Below the pieces are notes generated by a model that was not told the origin of the DNA, made no database searches, and saw nothing but the letters and a program-made list of their open reading frames with translations. The translations under genes and the position numbers were made by a program. Shown here piece after piece: positions 28,580 to 38,314 of a stretch of DNA of 64,000 nucleotides. The stretch is from Candidatus Altimarinota bacterium (lineage in GTDB: Bacteria > Patescibacteriota > Gracilibacteria > UBA1369 > GCA-2718715): positions 352,001-416,000 of the forward strand of contig JBESAV010000001.1 of NCBI GenBank assembly GCA_041242255.1, written 5' to 3'. The first letter of the stretch is position 1; each line of letters opens with the position of its first letter.

Positions 28580-29957
28580 TCAAATTAATCCATTTAAATC
28601 CTTTTTCTTCTAGTAACTTATCTGAAGATTCTACATTGCTTGATCCAATAGGATAATGCTCAATCACTTTATTGTTAAGTGCCTCTTCAGTGATCTCCCA
28701 GCTAGCCACAGCTTGCTTGAAACTAACAAAGAACTCTTTCTTCTCGAGTAAGCAGTCTAAGAAAAGCACGGCATGAGAACTCAAACATTCATCTACACCA
28801 CAGCTTAAACTCTCCTTAGTCACTAAACTATTAATCTCTGATTCATAACCACTCTCATTCACAAAAAATAGCTTCACGCAGGGATTTGGTGCAATTTCAA
28901 TGATCATCTTATTAGGAGGTAGTTTCTCATCTTGATGAGCATACTTTTTGAACTCAATTACCACTGAAGTTTGCTTTCTATTCATTCCTTTTCCACTTCT
29001 CACATACACAGGAGTATCAAACCATTCATCGTTATTAATCTGCAGCTCAAAAGCAAAAAGCGTATCCGTAAAAGGTGAGCACTGAAACTTATCTCTCTCA
29101 CAATATCCTTCATACTGACCAAACACTGACTTTTTAAGTATAACTGAATCAATAAGATTCTCTTTGTGTTTAAGCAGTAAGCTTTCATCTTCAACCACTG
29201 GTATTTCAACCAATAACAAACTTAAAAGCTGAAGTAGGTGAGATTGAAACATATCTCGAGTAGCTCCTACGTTGTCGTAGTAATTCAAACGGCTTTCTAC
29301 CAGCAATTTTTCTAAAGCAGAGATCTGAATATTCGAAATCTCATGCCCTTTTAAAAGCATATTAAAAACTCGATTATTTTTCCTCAAACTCAAGATACTT
29401 CTCACAGCATTCTTACCCAAATAATGATCAATCAAATAAACCACATCCTTTAAACCAAGTCTCTTAATCTGAAATTCCAATGCCTTCGCACTTTCTAAGT
29501 CTTCTCCGAAAGGTTTTTCAATCATATATTTCACCCTTGAGTCATTTTCTCTTATTTCATATACATTCCTTATAATTTCCTCATAAGATGATGGAGGAAC
29601 TGAAAAGTGAAATATCTCTTGTTCATATTCTCCACCAATTTCTTGTACCAAGTCAGCATAATCTTTGTATGGTCTAGCTTCAGAGTATTTACCTTGATGG
29701 TAGTGGACATTTTGAATCAAATTTTCCAATACATCTTCATCAATCTCAGACTTTGCATCTAGTATAGACTTTCTAAACTTCTCTCGAAACTCTTCCTGAG
29801 AGTATTCTGACCTAGCAAACCCAATCACAATAATATCTTCTAAATACCCCTGATTTACCAATTCAAAAATTGCAGGAAACAACTTTAAATCAGCTAAATC
29901 ACCTGATGCTCCAAAAATCGTAAAAATAATCTTTCCTGATACTTTAGTTTTCTTCAT
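28572..29957 (-). CDS. zwf: Glucose-6-phosphate 1-dehydrogenase
   Basis: GASGDLA, EKPFG, IDHYLGK and RDMFQSHLLQ; start moved to ATG 29957. Confidence 0.93.
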   Translation of the reverse strand: MKKTKVSGKIIFTIFGASGDLADLKLFPAIFELVNQGYLEDIIVIGFARSEYSQEEFREKFRKSILDAKSEIDEDVLENLIQNVHYHQGKYSEARPYKDYADLVQEIGGEYEQEIFHFSVPPSSYEEIIRNVYEIRENDSRVKYMIEKPFGEDLESAKALEFQIKRLGLKDVVYLIDHYLGKNAVRSILSLRKNNRVFNMLLKGHEISNIQISALEKLLVESRLNYYDNVGATRDMFQSHLLQLLSLLLVEIPVVEDESLLLKHKENLIDSVILKKSVFGQYEGYCERDKFQCSPFTDTLFAFELQINNDEWFDTPVYVRSGKGMNRKQTSVVIEFKKYAHQDEKLPPNKMIIEIAPNPCVKLFFVNESGYESEINSLVTKESLSCGVDECLSSHAVLFLDCLLEKKEFFVSFKQAVASWEITEEALNNKVIEHYPIGSSNVESSDKLLEEKGFKWINLND

Positions 29958-31365
29958 ACCAGTCATTATGGAACTTTTCACCTTCTTTAGAATCAGTCCG
30001 TTCATACTTATGAGCACCAAAATAGTCACGCATAGCCTGAATCATATTCGCAGAGGTTTGAGCAGAAACATCATTTATCAAGCTCGCCAGTCCAGAACTA
30101 AGCACATAAGTCGGAACAGATAAATTTAAACCCTCCACCAAAACATCTCGCCAGTCATCATAACCAGCCTCAACATTCTTCTCAGCCCACTTACTCTCCA
30201 GTAGTCCATCATTTTTGATATTCTTATAGACATCATCTAAAAGCTTAGCTCGAATAATACATCCGCCCTGCCAAACTCTAGCAACTTCTTTCAGATCAAT
30301 TTCCCACTCAAATTCCTCGGCAATATCTTTAATCATTCTTAAACCCTGATCCATAACCACAATCCAAGCAGAGTATAAACAGTTTTCAAGCTTTGGAATC
30401 ATATTTTCCAAGCTAGTTTCCGGAGATACATTTTTCTCGCCGAAGTTATAAGTCTTTGAAAGCAAAAGCCTTTTCTTCTTAAAAGCAGAAGCAACTCTTG
30501 CGTGTACAGCCTGACTAATCATAGAAGTCTCAACTCCATATTCCAAGGCATCTCTAGCCGTCCATCTACCAGTACCTTTCTGACCAGCCTTATCCAATAT
30601 TATATCAACTAAAGGTTTACCTGTCTTTTCATCAACCTCCTTCAAAATAGGCTCACAGATCTCAACTAAATAAGACTCTAGTTTCCCTTCATTGAATCTT
30701 CTAAACATCTCACCGATCACTTTAGGCTCAAGTTTATAACCTTTCCTCAAGATTTGATAAACTTCAGAAAGCATTTGCATGATTCCATATTCGATTCCGT
30801 TATGAACCATCTTCACCAAGTGCCCAGACCCTTCATTTCCTAGATAACTAACACATGGTTTTCCAGAAAAATCAGTTGCAGCCATACTTTCCAAAATCTC
30901 ATAAGACTCTTCCCAAGCTTTTTTAGAACCTCCAGGCATCATAGATGGCCCTTTCAAAGCACCAATTTCTCCACCTGACACTCCCATCCCTAAATACTCA
31001 ATATCCTTCTCTTTAAGCTTTTTCACACGTCGAGTGGTATCTTTGTAGTAAGAATTCCCACCATCTATCAAGATGTCACCTTTATTGAGTAGGGGAGTAA
31101 TCTTTTCAATCAAAGCATCAACTGGTTTACCAGCTTTTATCATCAGTATAATTTTCCTAGGTCTCTCAAGAGAATCCACAAATCTTTTCAATTGCTTGAA
31201 GGATTGAAAGTTTCGACCTTCCTCAAACGATTGCTTAAAGCTATCTACTTTGTCTGAACTCCTGTTATATACCGATACACTCCAACCCTTACTTTCAGCA
31301 TTTCTTGCCAAAGAACTTCCCATAACTCCCAAACCAACTACACCAATATCACTTTTCTTCATCAA
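29944..31365 (-). CDS. gnd: NADP-dependent 6-phosphogluconate dehydrogenase
   Basis: GLGVMG, VYNR, GVSGGE, KMVHNGIEY, QKGTG and RDYFGAH. Confidence 0.96.
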   Translation of the reverse strand: MMKKSDIGVVGLGVMGSSLARNAESKGWSVSVYNRSSDKVDSFKQSFEEGRNFQSFKQLKRFVDSLERPRKIILMIKAGKPVDALIEKITPLLNKGDILIDGGNSYYKDTTRRVKKLKEKDIEYLGMGVSGGEIGALKGPSMMPGGSKKAWEESYEILESMAATDFSGKPCVSYLGNEGSGHLVKMVHNGIEYGIMQMLSEVYQILRKGYKLEPKVIGEMFRRFNEGKLESYLVEICEPILKEVDEKTGKPLVDIILDKAGQKGTGRWTARDALEYGVETSMISQAVHARVASAFKKKRLLLSKTYNFGEKNVSPETSLENMIPKLENCLYSAWIVVMDQGLRMIKDIAEEFEWEIDLKEVARVWQGGCIIRAKLLDDVYKNIKNDGLLESKWAEKNVEAGYDDWRDVLVEGLNLSVPTYVLSSGLASLINDVSAQTSANMIQAMRDYFGAHKYERTDSKEGEKFHNDWYEEN

Positions 31366-31450
31366 TAACTTTTATATCAACTAATTATAACATTTTATAT
31401 TAAAACTTTAAACAAGTTTCCTTTATATTATAACAAATAGCCAATCTTCA

Positions 31451-32209
31451 ATGTTTACATCTTTAGAGCAAAATATATTCACTATTTCAGCCTTACTCAT
31501 CCTACTTACAATCCAAACAGTTTTTCCATATTTTGAGGATTATAACTTCAAAGCCAAGCACGCTCTTAGAAATTTTGGAATGACGGTTATTAATGCCATA
31601 ATCATCAACTTACTCATCAGTCCAATCATACTACTAACTACCAACCAATCCTTTGGTTTATTCACATATTTTCAACTTAATTGGTGGGCTCAATTAGCTT
31701 TAACAGTCTTAATTTTAGATTTTCTAGCTTATCTTTGGCATTATTTGGCCCACAATGTTAGTTTCTTCTGGAGGTTCCATAAAGTTCATCATTCAGACAC
31801 TCAAATGGATGTAACAACAGCCGGTCGTTTTCACATAGGTGAACACATAATAAGCTTAGCACTTAAGATATCAGCTTATGCTGCTTTTGGAATGACACTT
31901 GAACATGTCCTTATCTATGAAACAGTGTTCCTTATCAATGTAATGTTCCATCACTCAAACATTACGATTACAGAGCCAGTCGATAAAGTCTTTCGTATCT
32001 TTTTTGCCTCTCCAAATATGCATAAGGTCCATCACTCAATTGTCCGCGACGAAGCAGACTCCAACTACTCCAGCCTTTTTTCTTTTTGGGATAGAATTTT
32101 CCGAACCTACAAAATAGTCGAAAACCCAAAGTCAATTAAGTACGGAGTTAAAGGACTTGAGGATAAACAATCAATTCCAGACATGATGAAAACTCCAACC
32201 TACGACTGA
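31451..32209 (+). CDS. Sterol desaturase/fatty acid hydroxylase superfamily protein
   Basis: His boxes HYLAH, HKVHH, FHH and HKVHH, plus NY..FWDRIF. Confidence 0.88.
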   Translation: MFTSLEQNIFTISALLILLTIQTVFPYFEDYNFKAKHALRNFGMTVINAIIINLLISPIILLTTNQSFGLFTYFQLNWWAQLALTVLILDFLAYLWHYLAHNVSFFWRFHKVHHSDTQMDVTTAGRFHIGEHIISLALKISAYAAFGMTLEHVLIYETVFLINVMFHHSNITITEPVDKVFRIFFASPNMHKVHHSIVRDEADSNYSSLFSFWDRIFRTYKIVENPKSIKYGVKGLEDKQSIPDMMKTPTYD

Positions 32210-33129
32210 TTTCTTTTGCTCATAAATTCCTCACTCTTAAAGAACTCAACTGCTTTTTCAACATAATCCTTATTTCCTAAAACAATACTAACTGCCTCAT
32301 CAATAGCCTCAACTTTCATATCTAAAATTCTACGACCACAAATGTCCGTAGCTGTTCCTCCAGCTTGCTCAATCAAATATCCAAATGGATTACACTCATA
32401 AAGCTTTCGTAACTTCTTGTATGGATAGGCAAATATACCCCCACTTCTCATCAAAATAGCGTTAACATCAGTAGCCATACTTCCTGTGTATCTAAGTTTA
32501 AACTCCTTATCTTGCCAAAACTCAATCAGTTCCGGAAATCCTCCAATGTCATAAGACTTCTGCATTCCTCCAAAGGAAGCATATCTCATATCTTCACCAA
32601 TCTTCATATCCTCCTTCTCAATCACAAACTCACCATCTTCGTATCGAAAAAGTACAACCCCTTTACCAACTGACATACCTACCATTAGTCGAGGCCCATA
32701 AACTCCATAAATTGCCGTAACAATATCATTTCCAGTTAATTCCAAAAAACTGCGTTTCTCTAAGTCTTTATATATAGCAATACTGGTTCCTACTGTGACA
32801 TTATGAGCAGCTACTGAAGAACCATCCAAAGGGTCAAAGGCAAGCTTGTAGGGAGCATCTTCTGAGTGCACAAAACATATTTCACTCTCTTGTTCCTCAG
32901 ATACAAAACAACTTACATGGTCATTTTTATCGTATACATCTTTTAAAACACCATCGGCTAAAATGTCATGACTTAGTTGAGTTTCTCCACTCGAATTTTT
33001 CTCGTTTGTGTAGTTAAAAGGTACTATCTGTATTATTTCATAGATCTTACATAGTCCATCCATCGAGTCCAAAATAATAGACTGTAATTCCTTATTAACT
33101 CCAGCTTTCTCTAAATAATTTTTAATCAT
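32200..33129 (-). CDS. fbp: Class 1 fructose-1,6-bisphosphatase
   Basis: SEE, DPLDGSS, LRYTGSM and KLR.LYECNP. Confidence 0.9.
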   Translation of the reverse strand: MIKNYLEKAGVNKELQSIILDSMDGLCKIYEIIQIVPFNYTNEKNSSGETQLSHDILADGVLKDVYDKNDHVSCFVSEEQESEICFVHSEDAPYKLAFDPLDGSSVAAHNVTVGTSIAIYKDLEKRSFLELTGNDIVTAIYGVYGPRLMVGMSVGKGVVLFRYEDGEFVIEKEDMKIGEDMRYASFGGMQKSYDIGGFPELIEFWQDKEFKLRYTGSMATDVNAILMRSGGIFAYPYKKLRKLYECNPFGYLIEQAGGTATDICGRRILDMKVEAIDEAVSIVLGNKDYVEKAVEFFKSEEFMSKRNQS

Positions 33130-34354
33130 TTCTTTTAGCTAAAAATTCCTTAGTTAAAACCTTACTTCTCTCAACTCCAGGTTGATTAAAAGCATCTACT
33201 TCAAGAAGTTCACCCAAAAGAGCAGTAGATCCTTCATATAGCATAAACAAACCACCAAGATTTTCAGCATCAATTTTATTTATATCCAAGCTTAATGAAG
33301 GCCGATTTTTCTCACATAAGCTTTCACGTGTACCTTCTAGCTCAGTATTTAAAAGTTCTCCAAATTTAACTCCATTTAAAAATTCAAACTTTTCCATAAT
33401 CAAATCATCTTCAGTATCTAAGGCAATTTTCATATCATTTTGGAACTCATTAACTCTCAAAAATTGATACATCTTATCATCAGGCCCATCACTATAAAGC
33501 TGAAGTTGACTATGTTGGTCTGTTGCTCCAAGGGCTGTTACAGGAGTTATACCCACATCCTGAGACTTACCAATCGATTCAGCCAAAAGTTGGGCATACC
33601 ATTCCCCAAATCTTAGTAGATGGTTGGAGTAGGGGAATAATACATTGATATTAATCCCATCTTTATAGTTATCAGCCTGAAACTTTGCCATCCTAAAACA
33701 TATATTTTCATCTTCATCATCTCTCAACAGAAGGTCTCTTATAACTTTCCCTCCATTTATTAATTCATCAATATTAACCCCAGCCAAAGCTGCTGGAAGT
33801 AGTCCTACAGCAGACAAAACACTATATCTTCCTCCAACATTCTGAGGAACTTCAAAAGTTTTCACATCATCTCTATCTGCAATTTTACGCAGCAATCCAT
33901 TTTCAGGATCAGTAACAAATACAAATTTATCTTTGTATTCAAGTCCAGCTCTCTCAACTTTAGCTTTCATATTCATAAACAAGCTCATAGTTTCAGAGGT
34001 TCCGCCTGATTTAGTTATCACCACAAATAATGTCCTTTCAAGGTCTAAATCATAAGTGTTTTCATAAACAAAATCCGGATCAACATTATCAATAATCCTT
34101 AAATCATCTCTATCTTTTTTAGGCAAAATCGTATCTCGTATAGTCTTGATACCTAGAGCAGAACCGCCAATTCCTAGAACCACAACTCTATCGTATTCTC
34201 CAGAAACCTCACTAGCAAAATTCTTTATCTCAATGTGTTCATCTTCCCTCATTACCAAATCATAAAAACCCAAATCTTTTTCTAACAATCCTGCAATACT
34301 TTCAGAAATACCTTCTCCAGAGTATTCATAATTATCAAATTCCAATCTAAACAT
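33122..34354 (-). CDS. pgi: Glucose-6-phosphate isomerase
   Basis: GIGGSALG, KSGGTSET, VGGRYS, QLLAESIGK and QPGVE. Confidence 0.95.
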   Translation of the reverse strand: MFRLEFDNYEYSGEGISESIAGLLEKDLGFYDLVMREDEHIEIKNFASEVSGEYDRVVVLGIGGSALGIKTIRDTILPKKDRDDLRIIDNVDPDFVYENTYDLDLERTLFVVITKSGGTSETMSLFMNMKAKVERAGLEYKDKFVFVTDPENGLLRKIADRDDVKTFEVPQNVGGRYSVLSAVGLLPAALAGVNIDELINGGKVIRDLLLRDDEDENICFRMAKFQADNYKDGININVLFPYSNHLLRFGEWYAQLLAESIGKSQDVGITPVTALGATDQHSQLQLYSDGPDDKMYQFLRVNEFQNDMKIALDTEDDLIMEKFEFLNGVKFGELLNTELEGTRESLCEKNRPSLSLDINKIDAENLGGLFMLYEGSTALLGELLEVDAFNQPGVERSKVLTKEFLAKRND

Positions 34355-34363
34355 AAAAAATAG

Positions 34364-35626
34364 TTAAACGCTTTTTACTTTTAATTCTTCAGCAGTATAC
34401 CTCTTCGACAATCTCAATAAGAACACAAACCCAATCAAAGGAATCAAACCCAAAAACCCAAATGTATAGCTAGCATTTCCAAAGAACTCCTTACAGAAGA
34501 AATAAATCGTCGTTGCAATCATCGGAGTGAAAGCAGTAGCTAAAGCATATACTGATATATCTACTCCCAGAGCCTCTCCTTGTTCATCATCTTCTACATT
34601 ATTAGAAATCATAGTTTTCGTTGTTGGAAGACTCAACGAGAAACCTAGATTGGCAAAGAAATAAGCAATGAAATACCACACAACCGTTGGACTAAAAGCC
34701 ATACCTATTAGGCCCAACCCAATCAACACTTGGGCGTAAACAACAGTCCAAAAATTCCCAAACTTATCTACAAATAGTTTCAATAGAACAGTTTGGTTTA
34801 AGATCATAACCATCCCAACAGCTAGTAGTATGTAACCAATTTCCACTTTCGAAAACCCAAACAATTGAATCAAATGCAAAATGATAATTGATATAAAAAA
34901 TGACATAGAGAAAGAAATCATAGCTCTATTCCAAAACATTTCATATACAAACCTATCTTTCTTGTACTTTCTAAGTTTTTTCAAAGCGTTAATCTCATTC
35001 CAAAAATTCCCAATTTTCTTAGTCCTAGATTCCTCCGGTAATGATTCCTCAAGGTGCCAGAACATGAGTATCCAAGTTACAAAAGCAATTGCTACCGCAA
35101 TCAAAGCAGTAGGCAAGTAACTATAGTCCTCACTTCCAGAAAAACTACCAATAGCTAGCCCAAAAAACAAACCAACTCCCATCGCAACTTCCAGTAATCC
35201 AAAGTTTTTAAGTTTATCTTCTTGAGTTGTTACATCAGCCACATACGCAGCTCCCACTGACGAGTTACCTCCAGTTAAACCATCAATCACCCTAGCAATT
35301 CCTAAAACCCAAACTGTCAAAAGAGGAATATGAGCAAATTCTCTAAAGAAATAGAATGAAACCGCAAAAAGTATCCAGCTCAATAGCGTTCCACCTTGAG
35401 TAATCAAAAGAATCGGCCTCCTTCCAAACTTATCACTAAGAGCCCCCAGAAAAGGAGCCCCAATAAACTGAAACAGACTGTAAGCCGTAAGCAATGCTCC
35501 AAACACAAGCTCATTCTGCCCAAGTTGTTCAACAACATAAGGAAGAGTCGGAGTTAGAATCGACAAGTTCATCGAATTCACAAAAGTAAGCAGTATAATC
35601 GGTATGACTCTTCTATCTATATTCAT
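34364..35626 (-). CDS. MFS transporter, TetA/DHA1-like
   Basis: 12 TM; GALSDKFGRRP motif A; RVIDGLTGG. Confidence 0.9.
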   Translation of the reverse strand: MNIDRRVIPIILLTFVNSMNLSILTPTLPYVVEQLGQNELVFGALLTAYSLFQFIGAPFLGALSDKFGRRPILLITQGGTLLSWILFAVSFYFFREFAHIPLLTVWVLGIARVIDGLTGGNSSVGAAYVADVTTQEDKLKNFGLLEVAMGVGLFFGLAIGSFSGSEDYSYLPTALIAVAIAFVTWILMFWHLEESLPEESRTKKIGNFWNEINALKKLRKYKKDRFVYEMFWNRAMISFSMSFFISIIILHLIQLFGFSKVEIGYILLAVGMVMILNQTVLLKLFVDKFGNFWTVVYAQVLIGLGLIGMAFSPTVVWYFIAYFFANLGFSLSLPTTKTMISNNVEDDEQGEALGVDISVYALATAFTPMIATTIYFFCKEFFGNASYTFGFLGLIPLIGFVFLLRLSKRYTAEELKVKSV

Positions 35627-35627
35627 A

Positions 35628-35942
35628 TTACTCAGCCAATAATTCTACTGACTCAACTACATCCGAGTTCACGTCTGAAGAATCTATAAAATCATAGTCA
35701 TCAACCCCCATATTCATATATGTATAATCTCCTCCCATCATTCCTTTCATTTTATGTTTAACAACCATTCCGGGTAAAGCCATCATAGCTATCCAAACTG
35801 CAAGTAGCACACCAGTTGTTACCAAAAGAATAGTCTTTTTATCCTTTCTTTTACACTCAGAGTACAAAGCCCAAATCGATACTGTAAACAAAGCTGATAC
35901 AAGAAGTGTAACCAGCATATACACCAAAGCTAAACCAAACAT
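35628..35942 (-). CDS. Two-TM hypothetical protein
   Basis: Two hydrophobic helices and an acidic tail; packed in an operon. Confidence 0.6.
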   Translation of the reverse strand: MFGLALVYMLVTLLVSALFTVSIWALYSECKRKDKKTILLVTTGVLLAVWIAMMALPGMVVKHKMKGMMGGDYTYMNMGVDDYDFIDSSDVNSDVVESVELLAE

Positions 35943-35951
35943 ATTTATTTA

Positions 35952-36425
35952 TTAAATTTTACATTTTCCATTCCAACAACCATATCTTATCTGCCTATCC
36001 ACAAGAAGTACACCCACAAGAGCCAAAGCAATACCTAAAAACTGAGCCCAACCAGCAAAAACATTCAGGAAGTTCAAAGTAAAGTTAAACCCAAGAATAG
36101 ACACGATAGGTAAGTAGCAAGCAAAACAAACCGTTGATAAAATCCACATCAAGAATCCTACTCCACCAAGACTGGTTAAGCTCACATCATTCTGGATTTT
36201 CTCATTTTTAAATATCTCGTAAACCCCAATCACATTAATAGCCAAAAGCAGACTTATAACTAAAGCAAAGAAGACATTTCCCATGCTTAAGTTATAACCA
36301 ACTACACAAGAGTTACCAGTGCTAGCCGGTGTTCTCCAAAGTATCAAAACTGTGATATTGAAGATCACCAAGCTAACAAAAGCAAGACCCAGTCTGTATT
36401 CTTTATTACTTAGCCAATTCAGCAT
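35952..36425 (-). CDS. Four-TM membrane protein with CxxC, coupled to DsbA
   Basis: CFAC at the end of TM3, a loop Cys and a C-terminal CWNGKC; overlaps the dsbA stop. Confidence 0.7.
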   Translation of the reverse strand: MLNWLSNKEYRLGLAFVSLVIFNITVLILWRTPASTGNSCVVGYNLSMGNVFFALVISLLLAINVIGVYEIFKNEKIQNDVSLTSLGGVGFLMWILSTVCFACYLPIVSILGFNFTLNFLNVFAGWAQFLGIALALVGVLLVDRQIRYGCWNGKCKI

Positions 36426-37101
36426 CTATAGCAGCTTTAATTTCTGAGTATGGATACGCTCCATTGAAAAATACTCCATTCACAAAAATAGCAGGAGTTC
36501 CGTTGATTCCAAGTTCAGTAGCCTGCATCAAATCTTTCTCAACTCTAGCAATTGTATCATTGTTATCCGAACAGCTTCTAAGTTCTTCCATATCCAAGCT
36601 TTCAACATCAGCTATCCAATCAAATATATTCGTTTTACTCAAAGGTCCAGTTTTAGCCACCATATTGTCAAAGATTCTGTTGTGAACTTCAAAGTAGGCT
36701 TCATCTCCACCTTGATCGTAAGCACATTCAGCTATCACAGCAGCACCAACAGCATTTGGATGAATAGCTTCAAGAGGTAAGTCTTTGAATACTACTTTTA
36801 CTAAACCTTGATCAACATATTCGTTTTTAATATTGTCATAAGACTGACTGTAGTGCCTTGCACAGTAAGGACACTCATAGTCAGAAAACTCTACAATTGT
36901 AACCGGTGCATCTTCATCTCCAAGTACTGGGTCCTCATCATCAATCTGAATCTCAGTAACCTGCCCATTTGATAAAGGCACCTCAACATCAGGAAGATTT
37001 GATTGACCAACAAAGTAACCAGCTCCAAAAGAGGTCCCCAGTGCCATCAATCCAACCAACACGGCTGCAACAGTAAAAACTATATCATTATCTTTTTTCA
37101 T
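36406..37101 (-). CDS. Membrane-anchored DsbA/BdbD-like thiol-disulfide oxidoreductase
   Basis: EFSDYECPYC and cis-Pro GTP; TGTTATAAT at 37128-37136. Confidence 0.9.
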   Translation of the reverse strand: MKKDNDIVFTVAAVLVGLMALGTSFGAGYFVGQSNLPDVEVPLSNGQVTEIQIDDEDPVLGDEDAPVTIVEFSDYECPYCARHYSQSYDNIKNEYVDQGLVKVVFKDLPLEAIHPNAVGAAVIAECAYDQGGDEAYFEVHNRIFDNMVAKTGPLSKTNIFDWIADVESLDMEELRSCSDNNDTIARVEKDLMQATELGINGTPAIFVNGVFFNGAYPYSEIKAAIDAELAK

Positions 37102-37189
37102 AATATTTTTTAATAATCACTATTAAAATTATAACATCATAAAAAAAATACATCTATTTACGAAAACAAAGTTTGATGGATCCAATACT

Positions 37190-38314
37190 TTATTGGATAA
37201 CTCCAGCTCCAAGACACAAATCATCTTTATAAAAAACCACAAACTGCCCAGATGCAATTCCTTGATCATCTTCATCAATCTGTAGCTTTAAACCATTTGC
37301 AACCCTCTCTACACTTTCAAGCCCATATCTTTTTTCACCATGTCTAAGTTTAACTGTACATTCCTTCAATTCATCCAGACTTGGCTCCTTGGTTAGCCAA
37401 TTAAATTCATCAACTACCAATGTGTTTCTAACTTTATCATCTTCAAAATACTCACGTGACACAAAAACAATATTCTTTTCTACATCTTTTTTTACCACAT
37501 ACCAAGGCCCACCACCCAAGCCAATGCCTTTCCTTTGTCCTCTTGTATAAAAGTAAAATCCATCGTGCTCTCCAATCTCTTCTCCTGTATCAAAGTCCAC
37601 AATTTTACCTTTCTTAACTCCTAGGTAATGCTCAATGAAATCTCTAAATTTCAATTTACCCAAAAAGCAAATACCTTGGCTATCTTTTCTGTTTTTATTG
37701 ATCAGATCAAAGCTTTCAGCTAGTTCTCTAACTTCATTTTTTTCAAAACAACCAATCGGAAAAATCAGATTCTCAATCTGCTCATCTTTAAGATAACTCA
37801 AAAAGTAGGTTTGATCCTTTATATTATCCGGAGCTAACTTCATTTCTTGCCCCTTATCACTTTTCCAAGCATAGTGCCCCGAAGCTATTAAGTCATATTC
37901 TTTATCCTCCATATAGTCTACAAAAGCCCCAAACTTAATCCTAGAGTTACACATAACATCCGGATTAGGAGTTCTACCTCTCTTTACCTCATTGATAGTA
38001 TAAGACACAACTTTATCAAAGTATTCCTTTTGCAAAGGCACGATCTCAAACTCGCACCCTATGTCGTCACAAACACCTTCCACAAATTTCATATCATCTT
38101 CCCAAGGACAATCACCACCCAAAAATCTCACTTCATCTTCAAGCCAGATCTTTAGATAGTATGCTTTCACATCAGCTCCAAAGTGCTTAAGCAAGGCTAA
38201 AGCTACAGAGCTATCAACTCCACCAGATACAAGCACAGCGATCTTTTTACCTTGTATATCACCGAGGTAATTAGATGCTTTCTTAAGCAATATGTCTTGG
38301 ACTGACTTCAACAT
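37190..38314 (-). CDS. mnmA: tRNA 2-thiouridine(34) synthase
   Basis: SGGVDS, NPDVMCN, GHYA, KDQTYFL and DSQGICF. Confidence 0.96.
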   Translation of the reverse strand: MLKSVQDILLKKASNYLGDIQGKKIAVLVSGGVDSSVALALLKHFGADVKAYYLKIWLEDEVRFLGGDCPWEDDMKFVEGVCDDIGCEFEIVPLQKEYFDKVVSYTINEVKRGRTPNPDVMCNSRIKFGAFVDYMEDKEYDLIASGHYAWKSDKGQEMKLAPDNIKDQTYFLSYLKDEQIENLIFPIGCFEKNEVRELAESFDLINKNRKDSQGICFLGKLKFRDFIEHYLGVKKGKIVDFDTGEEIGEHDGFYFYTRGQRKGIGLGGGPWYVVKKDVEKNIVFVSREYFEDDKVRNTLVVDEFNWLTKEPSLDELKECTVKLRHGEKRYGLESVERVANGLKLQIDEDDQGIASGQFVVFYKDDLCLGAGVIQ

